64,000 nucleotides of DNA from the NCBI GenBank assembly GCA_965644295.1, contig CBFFRP010000377.1:214361-278360 (forward strand). The letters run 5' to 3'. The position numbers and the translations under genes are program-made. How positions within the stretch are numbered: position 1 is the stretch's first letter; each line of letters begins with the position of its first letter. The notes under the pieces were generated by a model. The model ran no database searches, had not been told where the DNA came from, and saw only the letters and a program-made list of their open reading frames with translations. Shown here one piece after another: positions 26,232-39,700 of the stretch. This stretch comes from Paraphysomonas bandaiensis. Its lineage: Eukaryota; Protista; Chrysophyceae.

Positions 26232-29200
26232 ATGGTTCAGTGGACAGGGAAGCGTATTGTGAAGCTCTCTCTCTTCAGGCAGGTTAACACAGCTGTGGTG
26301 GGGAGCATCGGACTAGAGCATGTGCTCTTCATGTGCCTCTATGTCGTGTCTCTCTACTATTGCTATATCACTATTGGGGAGCAGCATTTGGAGGCTCTGT
26401 CTCGAGCTGAGGCGCAGAATATTGATATATTTGATGACTCGGAAAAGCTCCGTAACAGTGCGGAGAAATTCTTCGCAGGAGAGTCAGTAGAGGAGGACCC
26501 TTCTACTCCTGGAATTAGAATTCCTTCAAAATGGCTACCTGGTTTCTGGCCAAGTGTCAGTTTCGGTGTTATATGTATTTTACATGCTTTGATGGTGCTC
26601 GGACAGATGTGGTCTGTATCGTTTCGTTGTTTGATTCGGTTTCGTAAGGTGGACAATGTTAATGACGCCACTCACGCCCATGTTACGCCCCAGAAGCATC
26701 AAGGCAAAGAAGAGCTAGTAGAGCTTCAGCGTGTTGATAACTCCACATTCATGGAATTCCATCGTAGAAAGTATATCTATGATCCCAAGCAGGATTCTTT
26801 CGTAAAAGTCAGATGTCGTGTGAACTACCCCCTACGACATTTTATCAGATGGGGTGGAATACCTAGTCTGGATGTGTGCACTCAGTTAAGAAATCTACAT
26901 GGTCCGAACAAATTTCAAATGAGAACGCCAGCATTCATGGAACTGTACTATGCTCAGATTACGTCGCCTTTCACCGTCTTCCAGATATTCTGCATCGTGC
27001 TATGGATGCTGGACGACTACTGGCAGTACTCACTTTTCACCCTTTTTATGATTTGTTCATTTGAAGCGACAACTGTTTTTTCCCGGCTCAAGAGTATAGG
27101 AGCTCTCAAAGGAATGGGCAACGAACCCCGCCCCATATTCGTGCATCGGTGTGGTGAATGGCGAGAGGTGAGTACGGAAGAGCTTTTACCCGGTGACTTG
27201 TTTTCGCTGACAAAGCATGAGAAAGACGATGTTATTCCTTGTGATGCTCTCATTGTGCGAGGGGGTGCTGTGGTCAATGAATCAACCCTCACTGGAGAGA
27301 GTGTACCCCAGATGAAGGATGGGCTTGCCTCAGGTAGTCTGGGCGCTGTCGGCATTGATGATGACAGTCTCGATGAGGAAATTAGCATCAAGGGTCAACA
27401 CAAAGTACATGCTTTATTTGGGGGCACCAGAGTGTTACAAGTAACCTCAGTGGCTGCTAGGACTGCGGAATTCGAGGAGGACCTCGCTGATGAGGAGGAG
27501 GCCGCCGAGGAAGTGGAGCCCCCAAGTTGTAGTGAGCAAGGAAATTGTGAATCAGTGGACCCTCTTAGCCCTCCGGACGGAGGTTGTCTTTGCTATTGCA
27601 CGCGAACTGGATTTAGTTCTTCCCAGGGCAAGCTCGTGCGGATGATTGAACACTCCACGGCATCTGTGTCTGGGGACACGCGGGACACCGTACTTCTCCT
27701 CCTCCTGTTGCTGGTTTTTGCGCTTTCCGCCTCTGGTTACGTCCTCTACAAGGGAATGCAGGATGACTCTAGGTCAAAGTACCAATTGCTTCTACATTGC
27801 ATCCTTATCATCACATCCGTCATTCCGCCTGAGCTTCCCATGCAAACCGCATTAGCAGTGAATGCCTCATTGATGACTTTGATGAAGATGCAAATATTCT
27901 GCACTGAGCCCTTCCGTGTACCGATTGCGGGGAAAGTGGACACATGCGTCTTCGACAAAACGGGAACTCTAACTACTGACGAGCTGGTAGCTGTGGGTAT
28001 TGTTTCCCCGTTGGTACGAGTGGAGCACCTTAGGAAACTTCACGAGGAGGCGATACTGGCAATGGAGAAATCTGCTAGAGAGCAGACTAGGACAGGACCC
28101 GCCTCCAAGCGTGGCAGCGATGCACCATCTTCTGCGCCTTCCGTTGTATCTGCTGCCACGGCGGGAATGACCCCCATTTCTGAAGCCTTCCCTGATGCGA
28201 CCCTCGTTCTCGGGGCCTGCCACTCTGTTGTTCTGGTTGACGGTAAACCTGCTGGTGATCCGTTAGAGGTTGCGTCGCTGAAGGCGATCAAGTGGGAGAT
28301 TCCTCCTGTGGGCAAAGACTGTGCCAGACCAAAACCTGAAACTATGGTGGAGCGACAGGTTAAAGTGCACACTCTAGACTCTGGTGATGTACCTATTACT
28401 CAAGTCAAGATACTCTCCCGACATCATTTCAGCAGCAAGCTGCAACGCATGAGCGTCGTCGCACGGGTAAAGGGTGACTCTGGGGGCGCTTGGGCTCTTG
28501 TCAAGGGTAGCCCGGATGCCTTGAGCGTAATGTGTGTAGATTGCCCACCGGACTACCACAAAGTTGCTGCAGATTTAGCCAAACGTGGGATGAGAGTTAT
28601 TGCTCTTGGTTTAAGGCGATTGGTAAGTCCTGAGGAGATCCAGAACTGCTGCGACTCCAGAGCCAGTACTGAAACTAACCTCAGGTTTGCTGGTTTTGTT
28701 GCGTTCACCTGTCGCGTCAGAAAGGATACAGCAACTTGTGTTCAGAACTTGCGCAAGGGTGGAAACGCTGTCATCATGGCAACCGGGGATGCAACATTGA
28801 CAGCCGTTCATGTCGCACAGGAGGTGGGGATTACGAGCTCCTCCAAAAAGGGCATTCTTATTCTCGAAGGAAAAGATACTGGCTTTCAGTGGATAGACTA
28901 TGATTCTGGGGATGTAGCTGGCGTTGTGTTTTCAGTGGAGTCAATGCCCTCTGTTGCGAGGGACTATGACTTGTGTGTTACTGGTGCCACACTTAACGCT
29001 GTTACGGAAAAATTCCCGGGAATAGCCGCACACATGGATAAGTTCGTAGTTTACGCTCGAATGAGACCTGACGAAAAAGAGAGAGTAATATTAGCCATGA
29101 AAAACCATGGAAATACGGTGCTTATGTGCGGCGACGGTAGCAACGACGTGGGGGCTCTTAAACAGGCGCACGTTGGCGTAGCTCTGCTGAGCGGGTTTGG

Positions 29201-30884
29201 AGACCTCAATGTTTCACGGGAAAAGGGGACAGATGAAGCGGCAAAGAAGGAAGGAGGCGCGGATGCGAAAAAGCATCCTGTGACAGCTCTCATGACTCAC
29301 CAGGACTTTGAGGTGTGTGTATATGTGGAGTATAATTCCCCTCTCATAGCTTTTTTTGAAGGAGCTAAAACGAATGCGAGTCCAGGAAATTAAGACGCGA
29401 TTGCGGCAAATAGGAGTGGAACCAGACGACTTCCCTGATTGTGTGGAGAAGAACGACCTAATTGAGTTGTACCGCAAGAAATCAGCGGCCAAAGCCCAGG
29501 AGAACCACGATCTCAAGCGACAGAAAGAGCTGATGAAGATGAATCCTAAGGTCGAATATGTTCACTGGTTGAATTTCCTATATGTAAGGCTCATGTTGTA
29601 CAGGAAAGACAAAAGTTTCTTGCGGAAGAGCGAAAAGCCCTGGCAATTAAGCAGCAGGAGGACTTTAAGAAGGAGTATGATGAACTTCTTGCCAAGGGGG
29701 AAAGTTGGGCGATGATGAAAGCAATGCAGAATGTTTGGAAGCGTAACATGGAGGAGGCAAAGAAGAAATCTAAAGATAATTCTCTAACTGGCTCAGCTGG
29801 ACGAATGGCGGCATTGATGGACGAAATGGAGGGGATGGAGGATTTGGAGACACCCATGGTTAAGATTGGAGATGCCAGTGTAGCGTCTCCTTTTACATCA
29901 AAAATGCCCTCTATCAAGGGCACCGTTGATATCATTCGACAGGGGCGGTGCACCCTAGTGACGACCATACAAATGTACCAAATACTGGCTCTCAATTGCC
30001 TTATCAACGCCTACTCTTTGTCTGTTCTTCACTTGGACGGTGTAAAATATGGGGACAGACAAATGACTTCTCTTGGGATTCTTATGTCGGTCTCTTTCGT
30101 TACCATTTCTCGGTCCAAACCTCTCGATCAGCTGTCTTCAGTTCTCCCACTGAAATCTGTTTTCCACCCTGCGTTATTTTTTAGCCTTTTGGGACAATTT
30201 GCCCTTCATATTGGTACTATGTACTTCTTAGTGAAAGAGTGCAAATCTTACCTACCTGAGGATCACGTTGTCGAACTCGACAGTGAGTTCAAGCCAAACA
30301 TCGTTAATTCCGTTGTTTTTTTGGTTACGGCTGTTCAGCAGGTTAGCGTGTTCGTTGTTAATCTAAAAGGTCCCCCTTTCATGGGCGGGCTTGTACAGAA
30401 CACACCTTTGCTGTGGTCGTTGGTGATAACATTCGTCGGTACTTTCCTTCTTGCCTCCGAGTCGATTCCGCAACTGAATTCCGGGTTACAACTGGAACCA
30501 TTCCCATCCGTTGCATTCCGGAACATGGTCCTACTATGCCTTGCAGTGGATGTGGCAGGAGCCTTTTTATGGGACCGTTTTTTGTTGGGGTTACTGGCAT
30601 TTCCAGTTTTGAAAGCTTCTCTCGAGAATACCACACGCAAAGAAATAATGAGCATTATGCGAGTGGTGGCAATCGTATGTGCTGCATTGTATTATCTGGC
30701 CTCGCAGGACTACACCGAGCTGTTAGAGGAGATGGAACGACAGGAGGCTGCAGCAAAATTGGCGGAGGGTGGATCCGCTGCAGCTGATAGTGGTAGTGCT
30801 GGGTGGATGGAGTACTCAGCATCTGAAGGAGAGAGTGCTAGCATGTTCGAGCGCACAGTTTCTAGTGTTGGTAAAGAGTTGTAG
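26232..30884 (+). CDS. ATP13A1: P5A-type ATPase (Spf1/ATP13A1 ortholog), 3 exons
   Basis: PFTVFQIFCIVLWMLDDYWQYSLFTL, LTGESVPQMK, PPELPM, CTEPFRVPIAGKVDTCVFDKTGTLT, MCGDGSNDVGALKQA, GDASVASPFTSK, IRQGRCTLVTTIQMYQILALNCLI. Introns at ~29312-29361 and ~29551-29602. Confidence 0.95.
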
Positions 30885-31373
30885 TTCTAATAGAGCTGAT
30901 CGTTTATAAGTCGGAAATATCCTATATAATAAATTCGAATTCTCATATCGACCTTGTTGGAGATAGAAATTGAAATATAAAATTGTTGAATTGTTAAGAC
31001 AACCTATGCTGTCATGCTACATATATTAACAATGCATCTTGTTGGGGTACGTGGCATGGCCAAGCACATGACAAGTAACACAAGAAGAAGACGCCGTACT
31101 CTGGATGCTAATAGAGGTCGTTTCAAGGTTCATGATAGATTATTAGAGTAAATACTACATCTGGAGACAGTGTAAAGCAATCTGTGCACTTGAATATTCA
31201 AGAGATGTCAACAAAAAGTGGTTAGTTCATCGACTTCATAGAGGGTTACTCGAATATGGCATTGACACGAAATGGAGTAGTGATGGCTGGCAGAAAAGTA
31301 GGGAGAAGAGAGTGTTGGAATATGTATGGTTCTCTAAGATAGTACTGTGTACTGTAGAATACGTTAAATACAA

Positions 31374-31846
31374 CCCTCAACAAAGTCGGACTTGCGCCTT
31401 TTCATGGTGTTCTGGGGGATAAGTACCGGAGAGATTCTCTCTCTGGGAAACTAACGTGAGCCGCAAACATAGTCAGCAGATATTATTCTGCCCACTCATA
31501 GCCGAATGCTTGTGTGGTACAAGGGACACCAATAATTTTCACATGTGTAGACGTCTTTAAGCCCTGACGAATAAACAGGCATCCGGGACAGGACCCACCT
31601 GAAGGGTAACCGGTAACCGGGGTATTGGGCTGCCTGCTGATGTCAAGCATCCGGGGTGGTCGCCCCTTCTTGGTGCTTGCGGCGACGCACAAGCAGCTTC
31701 CGTAGCATTAAATAGTAGGATAAAAAAAGTATGTACTGATTAATTACAGGTAGAGGTCTAACTAGTTTGTCTAGCATTCATCTATAGCTACTAAGTTGGT
31801 GCAGGTTGTTAACGCCTATTGCTAATAATAAGACTTTCAATATAAT
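31374..31846 (+). mobile_element. SINE-like repeat, full-length copy with 15-bp TSD
   Basis: TSD atacgttaaatacaa at 31359-31373 and 31847-31861. Near-identical to 16608-17070. Confidence 0.92.
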
Positions 31847-32689
31847 ATACGTTAAATACAATGTCTCTACCTCAACATGCTGAAGGAGGCACTGACTATG
31901 GCACTATATGTTTGATGCTAAAAGACGTCAGAAATTTGTTTTGAGATTGAAGTGGATGCGTGTCGGAACGGCCATGGCATCATGTCGGAGAGGTAATATT
32001 ATTGCTACAATGAGATGAAGAATACAATAGAATTCCTGTAGTAAAATACAAAAGCCAAGTACTCACAGCTACTGAAAGAGTATTGTCTTGTTATGCCTCA
32101 CGTGATAGCTATCTGTGTGTTGGGAAGTATATATATGGGGGCACTTGACGTGGATATAGATACAGATTATCAGTTTGATATTATAATATTATATATGTAT
32201 TATACATATTATATGTAAACGAGACAATAATGATCACAATTATAAATGCGGTATCTATTGGACTTAATTTATGTCGGTGAATTTTAAGCTTCACTCTGTT
32301 AGCAACAGACGAAGAATATGGACTCGCGGTATCAAGGCTGCAGCAGTGAGGAGAGGAATCAACAACGTAGTACTTATTAGCTGATGATATGAATGGGAGA
32401 AAAGGGTTAGGGTTAGGGTATAATGAACGACACTACTGTGGTGATGAAAAAGAAGGTTTCTAATCAAAATAAATGACTACCGTGGCAATCAGCAAGAGAA
32501 GACTATTAAGGAGTGCACTTGAGGGAGAATATATATCATAACAAAGTACCTTCTTCAGAGAGGCTGGGAGATTCTCACAGAGTACTTCTTCCACGAGCTC
32601 AAAGGACCCAGTGCAGAACAATCTTCATAGAGAGCGGACTGAGACGATTCCAAAGTCACCAAAATCTGAGAGAATAGGAGAGGGAATGT

Positions 32690-33030
32690 TGTACCGCTGA
32701 GAGGTAGTGTATGACGTGTACTGGTTGAGTGATGTATATGTTGAGCTGGGTGAATACTGTATCATGAGATAATAGTATGTGTGGCGTGAATAGGTTCTAT
32801 GATGACTATATATATTGTGTACAGAGTTATACTGCTACAATGTGTGTTATATCTCGTTATTAGCGGTGTGAATACATTTTATAAATATTGTTATACAACG
32901 TGTGTCTCACGATGAGCTGAGCGAAGACTCAGTATACTCATTATGTACCGCTGAGAGATAGTGTATGACGTGTGTTGATTGAGTGATCTATATGTTGAAC
33001 TGACTGAATACTTTAGTAATAGATATGTGT
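32690..33030 (+). repeat. Diverged direct repeat of ~90 bp (32690-32785 and 32944-33030)
   Basis: tgtaccgctgagag(g/a)tagtgtatgacgtgt...gagtgat.tatatgttga occurs twice. Confidence 0.7.
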
Positions 33031-33669
33031 GACCTATTGGTTATGTGATGGTTATGTAATATGATGTATTAGGGTATAGATAGCACTACTACTGTATGTA
33101 TAATGTAACCGTTGCATTCTCACTTTTAATATAAAATTTATTAAATGTCTCTAAAATCATGTTCTCTTTACACCTACTACATTATTAATTGCTAAATGCA
33201 ACAAAACTTCAACTTAAATCAATATTTTCAAAATTTCACCAGGTTTCGACCGCTTTACCAGGTTTGGGCATCATATCAACTTTTATTAACAAGAATTAAA
33301 ATTAGATAAGAATAGAGGGAGCAGGTAAAATAGCTGCAACACCCTTCTCTCAGATAATTAATCATCTGTTGAGCTCAATAATATTATACCCAATGAGCGA
33401 TTATATATATATATATTATATAATACCAAAGTAATATATATATATATAGTAGTAATTCATAAGCTCAACATTGTCCATATGATGGTATAGATAGTATATA
33501 TATATAAAATAATATATTATATTATACAGTGATGAATGTATAATATAATATTATTATGATTATAATGATGACCCTTCTAAAATATGTTTATTTAAAATCT
33601 GAAGCTTGTGTATTACCATGTGATATAATATTATATTATAAAATACTATAATTACTTAAGGTAAAATAA

Positions 33670-34168
33670 CCCTCAACAAAGTCGGACTCGCACCTTTTTC
33701 GTGGTGTTCTGGGGGATAATAACCAAAACTGGACAACTCACGTGGCGCTATAAATATGATATCATCTATCTCTAGTTACGTTTACATGTCCTAGGAAGTT
33801 TTAAACTATATACATATATTATTATTACTATTTAGTTATTAGTTATATATATTATATTATATATATATTATACTACTACAGGCATGATGTATGTGGTTAC
33901 ATCGTGTTGCGTTCTGGCTTTGGTATACCTACAAAGTCAAGCGTCTGGGAGGACCACCTTAAGGACTAAAACCTACAGAAATTCAGCAGATGTCAGGTAT
34001 ATATATCAACCCCATGCCTTCTCACCTCGTGTGCTTTGAATGATTGATAGCGTTGGTGACTCCACAGTGACGCACAAATAGTAGGATATTAACATCAGTA
34101 TTTATTAGGTTATTTCAATCTAGTATCCCCTTGCTTACACGTCTACTGCTAAATAAACAGACATTCAA
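33670..34168 (+). mobile_element. SINE-like repeat, diverged or rearranged copy
   Basis: Intact head ccctcaacaaagtcggactcgcacc, internal cagatgtcaggtatat, tail aaatagtaggatat...cagacattcaa. Confidence 0.7.
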
Positions 34169-35049
34169 CCTTGACTGACTTCTTCTTCAGCGTAACAAAA
34201 ATAGGAAATTATTTACTTTTTCGTACAGTTAGGAAGAATAATACTGATATCAAGAGAATAAAAGAGGAGTACATATGGTGATATTATAGGACCACAAAGA
34301 ATTCAAGTGAGTATAGAATTAACCTGGTGGTTATGTTTACATTTTTATTTATTATTATTTGCATAACAAATAAAAAGGTTTTTAATTTCCGATTGGAATA
34401 GTGTTGCTGGTGGGACGGACTTGTACATTCGATAGTATTTGATTGGTTTGTATATCAATGCGTGGTATGTAACTTCTATACCGTACATGATGAAATGCAT
34501 TTTTCATTTATTACTTATTACTTACTACTGACTTATAGCTAATAGCTACGACAAGTCATTTTTGTGGCTGTGACATATGTCCGCTTCGTAATCGTTCCCT
34601 GTTACACGATAAAATACCCCTTTGATCTACTCAGCGCGTGTACTGAAATTCCTCTTCCTTGTAGTTTTCGACGATGTGCGTATACGAGAGATGCTCTCTG
34701 CTATCTGTTATGCAACCGACGTTGCCAGCTAACTGGGTGCGCCAGGCGGTCAGCCAGGCTTGTCTTGTTGACTTTTATTGCATCATACGTTTTTACTGGG
34801 TAAGTTCAGCACCTTTCAGAAAGTCAGAAAGTACAAGCTAAGGAGATTCTGCTGCATTGCTATCTCGTAGACATAGGATATGTCAAAGAATGAAAAAAGT
34901 TTGACTGTTCAATCAGAACACTTAATTATACAATTAGATAAGTCTTATTCTGGACTCTGGACAACGACTACATGATATGCGATACAATGTACACGGGCAC
35001 CGATATAACCAGATATCATCCACTATCTAAAAAGTGATTTGAGGCTGAC

Positions 35050-36350
35050 TGCACGCAATCAGATTCCAGAACCCACATTCAATTGCTATGCTGTAAGGCC
35101 CGAACGATGAAATCACACAACAAGGAGCATCAATCAAATAAATAACCTTCTCGCACACACATTTCGAGAACTATATCCTGCTTTTTACGACTTTTTACGA
35201 TTTCGAAATACATCTCACGTTTGAACATCGTTTTCGTCCTCTCCTAGTACTCCAAATACTCCCGATATGGTTGACATTCGGACTGATGAAGAGTTCGTCT
35301 GGTCCTCATCATGCTCATCATCGTGCCCCCGAGGAGTAGAAAGATTGGGCGCGGAGTGTCTGTTAGTTAAGGTGTTTATCTTACGTCCTCCACCCCGACC
35401 ACGGCTGACATTCATAGGTCTCAAAGATATGGATCCCAGCGCCACTCGCTTTCGTTGTTTTTCCTCACTTTCGTCGGATATATCACCATCGCTAGAGGAC
35501 TTGCGCACAGAGGACTTAGTTTCGTCAGCACCATGAGGGGTATGGATATGTCCTACTTTTGAACTGCTAGGTGCTGCAATAAAAAATTACGACAACACGT
35601 CAAAAGTAAAAGTAAACTTAATACCTGTAGAGATCGATATCTCTTGTCTTGCAGCTGTGACGAGTATTCTAGATAGTTCACTCATGAGCTCAGAATCCTC
35701 ACAGTCGACAACACATCGCTGGCGCTCGTTATTCAAATGGTATGATAAAGTAATGAGTTTATCATCGTGATCATTGTCTACAGAAATGCTCTGATCTAAT
35801 ACTATGCTCTTCAGCTCACCAGATGTCGGCTTCCACAAGTGGAGAACATACTCGCCGTTGCAGTGTGCCAGCCACACTACCCACTTGGAAAACTCAGTGC
35901 CAATTTCACGAGATATGGACAACTTCATCCCTTGCATGAGTTTTCCTTCAAGTTTGGAGATCTCATACACACCATCACTCCTTTGAGACAAAGCCCCGCT
36001 GATGGGGAGCATCATATCCGGGCATATGAAGGGCAGAGAGGAGGACATCTTTGATAAGATGGTATACGACTACATTCACACGTACAGCCTATCCTACAGG
36101 GAAGCAGTTGATGCAGCAGAGGCTCTATATACTGTACCCTGGACGAGTCTGATGGATGGTGCGCTGAGGTTATATGCAGCCAGCAGTCGGCAGTATAACT
36201 GTGAATGATATCCAGAAGGCGACCTGCAAAAACACCAGGTTTTTAGCTGCATACTGTTTTTTGATGATCCTTATACTGTATATCCTCAACAACGGTCTCA
36301 TATTCCCAATGGGAATACAGGACCATACATGTATACCCATATAGAAGCAC
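35050..36350 (-). CDS. Hypothetical multi-exon protein (possible PH-like segment), 5' end apparently cut by copia element 2
   Basis: Coding-like minus-strand ORFs 35587-36048 and 35215-35508 with GT-AG borders. No recognisable family, and the exon structure is not resolved. Confidence 0.5.
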
Positions 36351-36352
36351 AG

Positions 36353-36710
36353 CGTAGAAAAATACGTACTTGGATCGAAAATACAACACTGATACTACAG
36401 ATCAATCAAACACTCACGGATCCAGTGCGCCCGTTGTCCTCCGTTCAAACTACACTACAGGTAGGCAAAAGACAAGTCTCTTTGCAAATACTACAGAAAT
36501 CGTTAGTGATAGAAAATTATGGTGTCTCCCTACAACACAATAATACTACAGCTGATCATGTTCTACTGTACACTCTCACTCGTATCCTACAGAGTCACAC
36601 ATGTACAATAACTGAAAACATAATCACTGTAACAAAAACGAATGTGCACGTTGACTTTCATTTCGATCACTCGAAGACTTCTATACCGAATCATCATTTA
36701 GCTCTACGCA
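36353..36710 (-). repeat. 3' LTR of copia element 2
   Basis: Direct repeat of 41094-41451. Confidence 0.95.
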
Positions 36711-39700
36711 CCCCTGTGGCATGTGTATTGTTTCCCACGATACCACATGTCATAAACTTGTACAGAGTACCTTGGAGGGGCTTCGTCAATGCATCAGCCA
36801 GCATCATCTTTGTGGGTAAGTACTCCAATTGAATGCTTCCCTCATCTGCCCTCTCCTTGATGAATTCACGCCTCACACGCAGGTATTTTGTACGATATTT
36901 GCCTCCGCCTTTCGTTACAAGAGATAGAGTCGAGGTATTGTCTTGCAACACTCGAGGTGCGTCAATACTGTATCCTTGTTCCTTTATGAATTCTGCACAT
37001 TGCACAATCATCATTAACATATCTGATAGACCTACCAACTCTGATTCCGTCGAGTCACGTGTCACAATGCGCTGTTTCGACGATTTGCAGAGTACTGTTG
37101 CATCCCCCACCTTTACGACCAGACCCGAATGACCCTTTCCATCGTCATGAGTCCCAAATGCCGCATCGACGTATCCAGTAACGGTAAGATTCTTTCCAAT
37201 GCACAGCAACAAGTCCTGCCCCTTAGTCGCGTTCAGGTAGCGGGTCACCCTGCCAAGTTTCTCCATGTCAGCATGCGTCGGATTCTTGACTCTCGTGCTA
37301 AGGTAAGCGACTGCAAGCAGTATGTCTGGTCTAACCCTTTTGGCCAGGTACAGCAACTGAGCCACCATCTTGTGAAACTTCCTTCTATCACTCTTACTAG
37401 TGTGTTTGTCCATGGTGTTCTTAAATAGAGTAGCTGTAGCAGGTGATGTAGCAGTTCCTGTCACTCCGTGTTCTCGTAGAAAATTCTCGATGTACGATCT
37501 CATGGACACTGTCACCTTATCTCCCTCTGCTCTAATGTGCATTCCGAGATATGACAGATCTTTCCCATCGTCGTGCTTTACATCCCCAAACTTCTCTTTC
37601 AGTTTCTTAAGCAACTCTAGGTAGTCGCCCTTATGGCTTGACATGACCAGTATGTCATCCACGAATATCACCACTGTACACTTTCGCCCGCCAGCTACTT
37701 TGTTCATTACACATGGGTCGACCGCGTTGTGCTCGAATCCCAAACTTTCTAATATCCGGTAAGCGTGTCGTACCAGAGTTTTGCACTCTGGATGCACCCG
37801 TATAGCGCCTTGTCCAGCCGCACTAGTAGTTTACCAGTTTCATCAACATACGGTGATACTTCAGGAGCCACTTTCTTCAATATCGTCGTTAACATTGGCT
37901 CTAATTCCATTATGACTTCTTCGCCAGACATCTCGGCGTTCAGGTAAGCGCCTCCTATATCCATGGTACCTATGTGACGTCCCTCTTTAGCAGCTATCGC
38001 CAGACACATCATAATCGATTGCATCGCTGCTGTTGGTGACGATGTGTCTACGTACACCTTCCTATCTTGTTGTGCGCCATTAGCTACCAGTCTTGCTTTT
38101 ATCTTTTCGAAGCGCCCTAAGCCATCATACTTAGTCTTGAGAAACATCAGAGATCGAATAGCTCTCTTCAACTGTGTTGCCGATAAGTCTTTGCGGTGTA
38201 CTGGACGCATAGCCTTCTTGTCATGCAAAAGTTGTTTCAGTTCCGATATGATAGCGTTATATGCCGGTGGACCATACTCACGCAGTCCCTTCATCGCGCT
38301 CGTGTGAAAGGCCCTGTACTCTACTGGTTTCGACTTCGCATCCGGCGACCTGTCGTTCTCAACGCCTGTCTCGTCACTGCTTGTAATGCTGCTGCCGGAC
38401 TTTATAGTTGGGACATCGTCATCCAGCTCCTCATCAACAAGTTCTGGCACTTCACCTTCATTATCACCGTCATCTCCTAGTGGGTCTCCACTATGCTCTA
38501 CATCAACCACAGTAGTAGATACATCTTCCACTATTGTTTCTGCAACTGGAGTCTGTTTAACGTCCTCTGGCGTACTCTCCTTCATGTCTTCGCCTTTCTG
38601 CTGCTCTTCTGCTTCTATCGACTGTAGGAGTGGGTTCGGAATCTGACTCTTCCTAGTCGTATCACCCATCTTCGCCATCTGATTCATCGCATCAATTATG
38701 AGCTGTGTTGTCTTCATTTTCACCCAGTGTGTCCTTCTCACTCGCTTGTGTGTCTTCACATTCATGAAAAGCCAGCTACCGTTGGCATTTCCAGTAGGGT
38801 ACAATGCAATACACGGCTCAGTGCGATTTTGCTCGGCATCGTTGCTTCGCACCTTTGGGTTGTAGCACTCCACGTAGTCACCAAATGCTAGCTCTAGTTC
38901 CTTTCGGTAGTTAGGCTTCCTCCCAGTGAACGCTACTCGTGGCGCTACTATGGATGTGCCTGTAGACGGCCTTCTGATATTTAGGCGACTGTTTGAGTAC
39001 TTCACCAGATCTCTGACCATGTTATCAGGCAGTGACCAGGGTAATCCTGCCTGCACAGATCTAATAGTCTCTTTCAGTCTCCGTATCTTGAGATCTACCT
39101 TGTCCATGTGATCCCCTGCTCCACACACATCCACTTCCACCCCTGTAATCTGTCCTCTGAGGGGTTGGAAACCAGGCTGCGGATCCAGATAGGCTACAGT
39201 TGGTGCGAAACCATGACTTCTTAGTAGAGATACTTGCTCCTGAAAAGCTAGACCTAGATCATCAGTCTTCTCACTAGCTATCGGAGATACAAGAGTCAAA
39301 CCCAGTGGCTCGGACAGTGTTATCAGGAACGGTTGTTTTCTCACACTGAATATATCGGTATACAAACGTTGCGGCTTGGGCTGATCTGCTTTGATTCCCA
39401 CGTCCACGTACTGCCTACCGCTCTTACGTTTAGTGGTCTTCCCCCTAACCGCTTCATAAGGCTTCCCGTATATGTCGAAAGCTCGCCTCACGTCTTGCGC
39501 CGTCAACGGCACGTCTGTTACATTTCCGTCGCTCACAAGGTTCATGGCTCCCTGCTCTGAGTCGAAACCCGCGTTCCGTACAAATTCCAGCGCCCTCCGA
39601 GCTCTCATCACTTCGCTTTTAGTGTATTCTTGTTCTTTCATTCTTGTTGTCGTAATATTTACCCTGCCTTGTGTCACCCAATCCCTCATATCAGCTATAT

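Noticed and set aside
31670-31700. Group II intron domain V look-alike (AC bulge, GNRA loop)
   Set aside because: No AGC/CGC catalytic triad at the required position and no domain VI. TSDs indicate a retroposed repeat.
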